Origin: Eledone cirrhosa
Taxonomy: Eukaryota
Assembly (NCBI GenBank): GCA_964016885.1
Contig: OZ024741.1
Span: 356,624,001 to 356,688,000 of the forward strand
DNA: 64,000 nucleotides
Reading direction: 5' to 3'
A program made the translations under genes and the position numbers. Under the pieces are notes generated by a model. That model ran no database searches. It was not told the origin of the DNA and was given only the letters and a program-made list of their open reading frames with translations. Positions 25,150 through 36,000 of the stretch are shown in pieces (within the stretch, counting starts at the first letter, position 1; each line of letters opens with the position of its first letter).

Positions 25150-25640
25150 CAGATCATAGACCTGGCCAGAATAGCAGTGGAAGTGGGTTTTCTAAAAGTA
25201 CAGTGAGAATGGAATAGAAAAGGTTCAGGAAGCTGCTACCGCTGATAGCTATAATATTGCATGGAAAAGAGACTTGGGCCCTGTGTGCAGAGGATCTACA
25301 AAGATGAGAAAGAAATGAAGCTTGTATGTTCTAATGGATGCATAATACATGAACATAATACAGCGAAGCACCAATGAACTGAGAGAGAAACTGGGCATAA
25401 AAAGGATTAAATGCAGTGTGCAAGAGAGGAAATTGTGGTGGTGTGGACATGTGATGCGTATAGAAGATGACAGCTGTATCAAAAAGTGCTTGAAGTTGAA
25501 GGAAACAATGGAAGAGGAAGACCCAGGAAAACTTAAGAGGAAATGATAAAAACTGATCTTGCACAATTAAACCTTTCAAAGGATCGAGATCTCTGGTGAT
25601 ATGGTGCATTGCAGAAAACCCACCATCCCATGAGCGCAGG
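25150..25640 (+). mobile_element. Decayed RTE 3' fragment
   Basis: LREKLGIKRIKCSVQERKLWWCGHVMRIEDD. Confidence 0.75.
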
Positions 25641-26109
25641 ATAAAACAAACACGTAGAGGACACTAATCTGCACTAATCCTCCCCACTCCCCGGGTAATA
25701 CACCTTCCCACATCTTAATACTCACTCATCTCCAGCCTGCATACTCATTTCACCCCCTCCGCGTAACCCCGCCTTTCTGTCCAACCCATGCATAATAGCA
25801 TGGAAAACTGGACACACTCCACACCTTCTCTCCTCCCAGTCTTGCCACCACAACAAAAAGCAGTTGGCCTACCTTATAGATGACAACACGAACCACTCAG
25901 TCTTCCCTCTAAGATGACCGTGCCGGTGAGACCACAAAAAGCACCCAGGCCACATTGTGAGGTGGTTGTGCTGAGGGCACGACAAAAAAGCACAACGTGT
26001 GTGTGTTAGAGACAGGGAGAGAAAGAGAGACATTTCATTTCCAGTATGAGATTGAAATCATTGCCCATTCTGTTTATTTATGTTTTAATAGATTTTATAT
26101 TATATCAAT

Positions 26110-26602
26110 CACTTACAATGTTCCATTGTAGAAAAGAAAAACATTATTGATTTTATTTAAAGTGGGAAGTATTTTAACAATGGAACTATTTTTAAGTAAC
26201 ACCGTATTAGCACGCATGCGTACTATTAGTTCAAAACAAACAAAAACCGGGAAAGTTTCTTGTATTTTTTATATTTTATCGATTTATTCTTTTTAATATG
26301 ATCTTTTTTTCTTCATTTTTCATTCATAACGATGTAGATCTTATATAGATCTAAACAGCTTGTATAGGTCCGAACAGATTATCCAAATTATAATATATCA
26401 GTATATTCATATAATTAATACATTTGATCAAAAAGGAATATATCTCTTAGTAATTTTAAGTATTTCTACTTCTTCAACAATATGTTTATTCTAATTAAAA
26501 CACCTGTATATACGGGATTCAGCGACTACTGGTTGCTGACAGTTTTTTAAACCAACGCTTAATTAAGGAAAAACCGACCAAGGATTTCATCCAATTGTAA
26601 GT
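26110..26602. promoter_or_regulatory. Candidate bidirectional promoter and first exons
   Basis: Near-palindrome TAGCACGCATGCGTACTA (26208-26225, NRF1-like) with adjacent TTCAAA; outward-facing GTAAGT donors at 26597 (+) and 26116 (-); no repeat recognised here. Confidence 0.45.
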
Positions 26603-26764
26603 TAATTAATTTTATTCTGAATGTAATGTTATGGTTTAATCCAGAGTTTCGTTCGTTAAAAAAGTGTAAATTTAATAACGGATGTTGTGATGAAACGATA
26701 ATAGGAAAGAAGTGAATGTGAAATAAAAAAAAAAACGAAAGAAATTAGATTAATGCATACACAC

Positions 26765-26819
<55 letters not shown>

Positions 26820-27659
26820 AATTAAAATACGAATGATATACGTTAGGAATGCTTGAAAGCAACGCACAAGAGAAAAATTAGTAGTGTGTATATTTACGAT
26901 GAAATGTCTATGGAAATGATTCGCTTTCTGTTTATAAAATGGCAATAGAAGGAAAGTGCATTAATGTGAAAGGAGAATAGCAATACACAGGGGCAGATTA
27001 AGATTGCGTGGAGCCTCTGGCTGCAATTTTCATCTAGTCCCTTGTGTATTATTTATGGTAGCCAAAGCAAAAATAATAATAATAATTTTGGGTCCTTTAT
27101 ATATTGTGGGCCTCTTGACTACACCCCTTTAATTTGCCCCTGCCAACAACAAAATGAAACGTGCAAGTTTCTTTTTCTGGGAATGCTTCACGTTGTCAAT
27201 CTAATCTATTGGTGGGCAACAATTAACTGCAAATAGTTTGTTGTCGGAAAGCTGTCTGTATCGTGAAAAAAAATCTTTACTCATTCGGAAAAAAAGGTTC
27301 ACAAGCTTTTCGGGTTATCCATTTAAACAATTCCAAAAGCGAAGGTTTACAACGAAAAAGCAGGTATCTTTAATTTTCACTAACATTCATTTTATTGTCT
27401 GCCATTTGGTGTACCTAAACCGAAACACCCCCAAGTAATGAGTAAGGAAAATTTTAGTATGATACTATTTTACTTTCTCACAATGTTTACAATTCAAGTG
27501 ATAACCAGATACATAAATATGTTTACATGGGAATGACATTTTCAAGCACAACTGGCAAATATTTGCCCCATCGATCGATCATCGACCTTAAGTATGGAAG
27601 GCCATCAAAAATATAAATGGGAAGATAATATTGGAGAAAAAACCTTCCACATATTCCTG

Positions 27660-28130
27660 GAAGGTTCGTTGGGGAGGGGGCTACAGAGTCCTTAGACATG
27701 CTTTCTAGAGGAACCTATCAGAAGCAACCATTTCTAAATGACCCAGATGGATCTCCAAGTAAGACCAACTTAGTTTGTGGATGTTATTCAATCATCTTGC
27801 TTGTGGTCTACTTCCTGTCAGTTGGTATTGCCTGTAAAATCTGCCCTGCAATTCTTTCCTCAGACATCCAACCTCGTGTCCAAAGTACCGGTGCTGCGAT
27901 CTCTCCATGCAGAGAAGTAGTGGCTCTATCTGGAACAGCCCCTTTTCTCCAAGCTACGTATCCTATTGAGTTACGTTACTCCAGAGACCCTTTGGGAGAA
28001 CTCCATTTTGGCCTCTTGTATTCATGATCATATTCTTTTGGTCATTATCCAAGATTTATGACTATAGGTAAGGGTAGGCACGAATACCAAATTGAAGATA
28101 ATGAATTTGGCTTTTACACCTACTCTCAAT
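27660..28130 (-). mobile_element. Decayed RTE-clade (Expander-like) 3' fragment
   Basis: IEPLLLCMERSQHRYFGH..SEERIAGQILQA. Confidence 0.55.
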
Positions 28131-29859
28131 TCTTGAATAATCGTTCCCAGTAAATTTTGCTAATCTATCTCCGGCGAAATTTATTGCAAATGATTCATAT
28201 CGATACAGCAGCAGGAGAATCTGATAATAATTTTATTTTACCTTAAAAAACATATGACAAAAAAAGAACATTACAAGAAATCCCATATTTACGAACTATA
28301 ATTACCGCCCCGAAATATGGTTAATGAAGTGTTTCAATTATTTTGGTGAAAGTATATAGCCTCATGGTTACAGTTGATGATCTTAAAATCAAGTGACATG
28401 AGCAACAGACTTCAGTTCACTCAGCTGGGGGTTAACCCTATGACAGACAGGTGTCCTGTCCAGAAGAGAGTCATCTCCTTAGTCACTTAACTCCCATGAG
28501 ACTGGGATAAATTCTGGACTTCATCCAACCCATGCAAGCATGGAAAAATGGACATAAAACAAAAATTCTAACTTTTAGATTATTTTGATGACGATCCTGA
28601 TGGTGGCAGTGGTGCTTTTCTTTGCTTGTATCTACCTTTTTACAACTGTTGCAACAATACATCTATATATAAATTTGAGCGACTTCCATCTGTCACAATG
28701 AATCTGTGTAAAAGGAAGAAAAGGGGGGGGGGGGGTTTAAAAAGCTATAACAGAACAGCGGTTGGTGTTTCATTTGCTATGCTGTGTGTGTTTTTGTAAA
28801 TGTATGTGTTTGTGTGAATGTATGTCTGTGTATTTATGTAAATGTGTCTGTGTTTGTGCATTTATATTTATATACTCATACATATAAATGTATGCATATG
28901 CACATACACACATGCACACACATATACACATACTCGTCATCATGTTGAAAAGAATTCTAGTGTATAAAACTACAACAACCAGTAACTGTTTCAAAAAGCC
29001 ATTTTTCCTGCTAAAGCAGAGGTTAGTTTTGCAGGACCCATGACAGTTTTATATTAATCATAGGGCCCTTTTTGAAGCAATCTTTTACAGCTGAATTGCC
29101 CTTCCTGGTAGCAGCTTTTTTGGTCGCTTCTAATAATATATGATGTAACTATTCTAATCTGGATTTAATATTTTACAGAGAAATCTCATATGGTTGTATA
29201 ATATCACAATCGCAGAAAAGGACTCCTTTACATAATGCCATTGCACTAAAGGAAATGGTTGAGTAAATGATGCAGAAATATATTGAAATAAAGTATATTG
29301 TTTTTATTCTGCTTTGGGAGAAGACATTTAATGTTTCTTATTTAAACTGGCCATATCTGGCCGGAATTCTTTCACCTCTTTCTGTTCAAACCGGCCTTAA
29401 CCGGCTGCTCATACTGATGTTAAGGTATTGTTCTCAAAATAAATAATATCAAAATCTCATAGATTCGATATTATGTGAGGTAAGGCCTTTACTGCAAAAA
29501 TACAATAGTAAATATAGAGTAATGTAAATGCTAAAGGTTAAAGCATTTGTGTTTAAAAATTATATAATTGTTTCTACTTTTGGCACAAGGCCAGCAATTA
29601 TCCCAGTGTATTAGTGGTACTTTATTTTATCGACCCCGTAAGGATGAAAGACAAAGTTAACCCTGGCAGGATTTGAACTCAGACCATAAAGGGCCGTAAC
29701 TCTTTGCTGCAAAGCATGGCATCTGACCCTCTTCTGATACTGCCAATCCACCACCCTTATATAATGTTTATGATTTACAAAAGAAAGGAAAAAAAGGGAG
29801 AAGACATGTACTCTACAACAGAGAATATTGATGTTCCCCTCTAAACATTTTTGAGGCAA

Positions 29860-30010
29860 ACCAAGACACAGCATTACTGCAGATGATAGCGGGGCTAAGG
29901 CACAGGAATAGCCAAACACCCTCATGAGCATCACCTAATATTTCAACATGGTAAACTGCCAGTGATGACAAAAAGTTCATTGTCAGAAGCCCAACCCCAC
30001 AAAACGTCAC
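29860..30010 (-). mobile_element. Old CRE-like 3' remnant (related remnant on + at 61650-61830)
   Basis: NFLSSLA..GDAHEGVWLF..AIICSNA here; KFLSSLA..DDAREGAWLFQ..ITCGNA at 61650-61830. Confidence 0.5.
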
Positions 30011-30090
30011 ATGATTTCTTATTTTGGAGATATCAATTGACATTGTGCTTTTTTCTTTTTCTTTTCAGCTTTAATTTTAATATTTTAGTC

Positions 30091-33000
30091 ATGGGTGGAA
30101 TGAAGAGAACACCAAAACCAAATAAGAAAATGACTAAAGAAGTAAAAGAAGTATCTACTAAAACGAAGTTATATAAAGATACTGAACATGAGAAACTTTC
30201 CCAAAGGCTACTTTTAAAACCAGAAGAAAGTTTTAATGATTCTAATGATTTTAAAACACCTGAGAGAAAGAGTAATACATGTAGATCTAGACTCCGTAAT
30301 CAATCTGATTGTATAAAAATTAATGAACCATGGAGAAATGAAGCTGCATTGATAAAAAAATATACAAAACAAAGCATCACATCCGTAGAGTCTATAACGA
30401 AAATGCATTCCGAAACACCCAGGAAAAGTACAAGAAAATCTTCTCAATCCCAAAATGAAAATTCTCCTTTGAAAAATGCTACATCATCACCTCATAAATC
30501 TGACAAAAGGAATTTATCTCAGACAAATATCATAAAACCTATCAAGTCTTCCAGTAAACAACATAAAAATAACAAAAGCAATATAAATTCCAAACAAAAG
30601 ACTTCTGATTCTGATAAGAAATCTGTTGAGAAAACATTGTTATGTAGTCAACAAGCTTCCAAGTTTAGATCGCCTAAAAGTCAAAATTTGTCTGGATCAA
30701 TACAGTATTCGGGTAGTAGTTCTTCTTTGTCTGGAAAGATAACAGCTGGAAGTCCATGTGAGTCCTCAAAATTTATTAAAGATGAAAATTCTTCTTGTAC
30801 TTCAGAGGAAGAATTTGAAACATCAAGTAACTGTGGAACTTATTTGCGAAAAAGAAGAAAAATCTGTTATAAATTTAATGAGAAAGATTCTGAAACACAT
30901 GTTCCCACTGTTTTATCTTCCCATATTCCTACTATTACATCTTCACATGTTCCCTCTGTTATGTCTTCACATATTCCCTCTGTTACATCTTCACATATTC
31001 CCTCTGTTACATCTTCACAGTTTCTCACTACTACATCTTCACAGATTCCTACTATTACATGTTCACATGCTCCCAGAGTTACATCTTCAAAGTTTCCCAC
31101 TATTACATCTTCACAGTTTCCCACTATTACATCTTCACAGATTCACGCTGTTTTATCTTCACATATTCCCTCTGTTGCATCTTCACATGTTCCTACTGTT
31201 ACATCTTCACATGTCCCTACTATTACATCTTCACATGTTCCCATAGTTACATCTTCACATATTCCTACTGTTACATCTTCATATGTTCCCTCTATTACAT
31301 CTTCACAGATTCCCTCTATTACATCTTCACAGATTCCCACTATTATATCTTCACATGTTTCCACCATTACATTTTCACATATTCCCACAGTGGCATCTTC
31401 ACATATTTCTGTTGAAGCAGAAGTGAATATAGAAACAGGATTCAACCACAAGCAAAATAAACCAAAATCTGACGATTATTTTAATGAGATTCAAATGAGG
31501 AAGTGTCCCACGTGTAAAGATGATTTTCCCAACCTAATATTTAATGAGCATGTGCTACAGTGTCTTAAGGAACAGTTTCAATCATCCACCTATGGGCCTC
31601 TTAACACTAAAACAGGGCACAAGCAAATATCTCAAGATGAACGATTAGCTCAAAAGTTACATGCAGAACTTAATAAAAATGTCCTAATAGATAATGCTTC
31701 TCTAGAATCTGACAAAGTACTATGTTGTATATGTAAAACAGAATTAACTCATTTGAACTCATTACAAAGAACTCAGCATATCAACACATGCCTTGACCAA
31801 TCAGAATCTGCAAAGGCCCATGACACTTCCCCAGAATCTGTTGTAATTTGTCCGATGTGTGGACAGCAATTCAATTCTTTTTCTTTAAGAGAGAATCATT
31901 TCAAAACTTGTACAAGAGATAAATTTGTTGCCCCTAATCAATCCAGCAGGTCGACTACAAACAAAAAGCAGTTGAAAAGTAGAACAACATCCAATTCCAA
32001 AAAGACTCCTGATGACCAACTTCAGCTAGCATTAGCTATGTCTAATTCTCTTCAAGAAGAACAAAACAAACAGGAAGAACAATTAGGCCGATATATTCAG
32101 AATATTAAAAAAAACGTTTTTAAAGAGTTGAAGCATCAGAAAAATAAACAACTTCCATTATTAGTTACATTAACAACTGAAGAACGCCAATCTGTCCATG
32201 CAGAAAGAGTTGCTGGTATTATAAATGAAAATTTTGAAAACGTTCCCTCAACTAAAAGACATAAATATAGCTCATTAGCTTCAACACAACCAACAAATCT
32301 ATGGTTAAAATCTTCACTCACGCAGACAGATTCTTCGAAACTTCCTTTCTATGTGGATTCATTGGTACCCCCCATTAAAATAGATATTGTTAACATGGGA
32401 GATCAATTGAAACATTTATCTAAAAATACTGGAAATGTTATTAGTCAAAATACAACTAATTCTGCTAATGAAGAAGAGAAGCAACAATTAATAGAACCAA
32501 GTCAAACTGCTCTTATCTTAGCTGAGTTAGCAAATGATAACAAAACTCCCACTAATTCATGTCATACTCCTGTTGAACATATATCACCAAATTTTCAGAC
32601 AGAAGCATATAAAGAGAATTCATCAGGTATATTAACATCTTTAAGTACAGATTTTTGTAGATTAGTAAATAATCCTAGTTTTAGTGATATTCAGTTTATG
32701 ACAGCCGAAGGAATTAAAGTTTTTGGACATAAAATAATTCTTCAAGCTAGATGTCCCAATATTTTAAATAGAATTTCTACTCAACTTCTAACACCCACTA
32801 TTAACTTGAGTGAAGTATCTTATGACACATTGTTGGCATTTCTCAAGTACATTTATGCTGGACAGTTAAATATAGATGAAACTCAGGCAAACAGCTTAAA
32901 GATATTATCATGGGAGCTTGCAATACCAGAATTATTTCACGCTTGTGAGAAACTGCTTAAAAAAAGTGTAATTCATAGCCAGCAAAATTCAGGTTTTTGT

Positions 33001-36000
33001 CCATCTCCTCTAGCAACAGTTGATAGTATGATTAATTATTTACTTGAAAGCTCAGATGAAGATCTTGAAACTAGAAAAAGTGTTTCAGAAAAACCCAGTT
33101 GTGATCCCGAAAATTGTCGAAATAGTAGCCAGTCCACTTTAACAAATGATTCTTTCAAATGTCAAAATTCTAGAAATTCGTCTCCATATAATAATTCACC
33201 TTTAACAATTATTCCACAATATTCTCCAAATGGAAATTCTAATGACATTGGAAACAATTTGGATCGTTTAACAAATGTGCCTGTATCTTCTCAACTTGGT
33301 GCATCTACTGAATTGTCTGAAATATGCTGTGATAATCAACCAAAGAAACCATTCTCTAATTATCAAAGTGGTAATTATAGTAGTAAACCATGTACGGCTA
33401 ATACATTGCAACAAAAGTCTCTCTCACACTTTACTTCACAAAATATACCTCATTCGCCACAGAAGTTTGAAAAATGTTTGGTGGTAAATGAGAATGCTCT
33501 CCCTTCATTCACAGCCTCTGTACCTGGTTCTGTTAATTTAACTAACAATTGCAATAATAATTCTTTAATTAAAGAGCAATGCCAATTAATTGACTCTGAT
33601 GAAATAAGAGATTTTTCTCCAATTGACTTTATTGATGAATCTTTTAACCATTCCATATACTCTTCACCTCTAACTGGTCCTACTTGTGATGGTATGGTAA
33701 CACCTAAAAAGAAAGATATTAATGATAACAGTAGAGAAAATGTAAGTGATAATATGTTAAATATAAGTGATGATCTGTCAAATATTTCTAAGGAATTATT
33801 TAGTGAAGATGAAGACCTAGAAAATGTTAGTAACAATAAAACCTGTATTCAGTATAGTTTTGATAGCCAACATGAATACACATCACCTCATCAAATATTG
33901 AAAACTGTATCTCCTTGCCATAATGAAAATAAAGCAAATTTTTCAAGATATTACTACTCTACTCCTGCAACTATCTCCCTTACTAAAGACAGAGACCAGA
34001 TAAATAATAATAATGTTACAGCTAAATGTATAATATCCAGTGATGAATCGGAAAAAGGATTTGTTTCTGCAGAGACTGATACTAATTTAAGAGAGAATTT
34101 TGATTACCTGAATTCTTATTCTCCAGTTTTTCCCAAAACTCAAGAATTGAAAAAAACAAATACAAACCTAAATGAAAACCAGCCAAAGACTTCTTCACAA
34201 AATCAGTCAGGGACGTCTTCACAAAACCAATATAAAAAAAGAAAAAGATGCTCTCTGTCTTTCTCACCATCAAAAAGAAAGAAAGTTGAAACAGACAAGA
34301 GTACTCATTTAAATTTATATGAAAGTTCTTCAATTCTAAATTTAGATGAGGCGTGTTGTTTAGAAACAAAGAAAAAAGAGAGATTTTCACAAAAGTCTTC
34401 TTTAAATTCCTCAGGTAATTTCTATAATGAGAGGGGCAATAAAGAATGCCTATCAAAATCTAAAAAAAATATTGTTACACCTAAAGATTTTCATGAAAAA
34501 GCCCATCAGTGTGAAAGTGAACTTGATGTAAGTAGGGATACACATAGTGAGATTTCTGGGACAAACAATCTCCAAATAAGCCCTAAACAATCTAAGAATT
34601 CTAAAACAAATAAAAAATCAGCTAAAAGTTTTTCTCCTATGAGTAATTCATGTTCTGAAAATGATGGAATAATAATTTATGAAAAAAGCTATAATGCTGA
34701 TGACACAGATGAAATACCTAGTAGTCAACAGCTCAGTGAAGACATTTTTATTAATAAATTGAATAGTTTTATTCAGAATAACTCTGACTTATATAGAAAA
34801 ATACTCCTGTATGAACCACTTGAATTTGATGTTTTGAAAAAAAAACTTAAAGACTCTAATATAAAATGTCCAGCTAATAAACTACTTGAATATTTAGAAA
34901 ACCAGTGTATAACATTTGTTCATAGCAAAGATAAACAGGTTAGAAAACGGTCACATGGCGTATCTTCTAGAAGAAAGAAAGTTAAAGAGAAAGTTGAAAC
35001 AGAAGAAACAAAGGAAGAAGAGATATTTTCAAAAAAGTCTTCTTTAAATTCCCCTGATAATTTATATAATGGTAAAGAATTGAAGAAATTTAGACAGTTT
35101 AGCAATGAAATGTATGATGTGGAAACATCAAATTTAAGAGAACTTCCTCAAAACATTTCAGATGATTATCGACCAGGAAAGAATGAAAAACCAAAGAAGC
35201 AATTTACTTTCAAAAAAATTACCAAGAAACCTTCAGTTTATAGTTCAACAGAAAATTTAAATGTAGATACCATAAATTCTGACTGTCTTGTGAAACCATT
35301 TCCTAAATCTTCAGCTTCTGATGACAAACTTCCAAATAGTGAAAACAGTCGATCAAATGCTGGTCTCAATGAAAGCATTTGGGAACATTTTTATGATGAT
35401 CCTATTGATGATGCAGTGATAATAATTTCCCCAGAATGTTCATATTCAAAAGTTACTTTCAACCCAAGTAAAGATAAACTAGATTCATTTCTTCTTTCCC
35501 CTTCCCCTCCTCCTCCTCTCTCCCCCCCACTTCTACTTTCCCCTCCTCCTCCACCTTCCCCTCCTCCTCCACCTCTTTCCCCTCCACCCCCACCTTCCCA
35601 TCCTCCTCCTCTTTCCCCTCCACCCCCACCTTCCCATCCTCTTTCTCCACCACCTCCCTCTTCTCCCCCTCTTCTACATTATGAACATCACTCTTCAACA
35701 CATGATTCTTCTTATGCAAGTATTGTTGATGATGTAGAACATTTGTTTAGACAAGAATCTCTATATAATCCTAATTTATCTGGTTCATTTGGAAATGACA
35801 GTCTGAGAGTGAAACCTAATGTTAAAGAAACATTTAACACTCCAGTAAACAAGCGCCAAACAAAATACTGTGGAAAAGAACAAAGTAGTCCATCCCCGTT
35901 TACTCCGATGCCAGATTATGAAAGTATGTCAACACCTGGTTTAAAAAAAGAGATGAAGAAATATGGTTGCAAAGCAAGACCTAAAAAAAATATGGTTAAA

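Noticed and set aside
29962-30090. ORF-track N-terminal extension of SLX4 from a GTG
   Set aside because: It overlaps a CRE-like remnant and a polypyrimidine/AG acceptor, so it is most likely intron and 5'UTR
35485-35655. TRF-binding-like FxLxP / HxLxP motifs in SLX4
   Set aside because: They lie in the low-complexity proline tract, where such matches arise by chance
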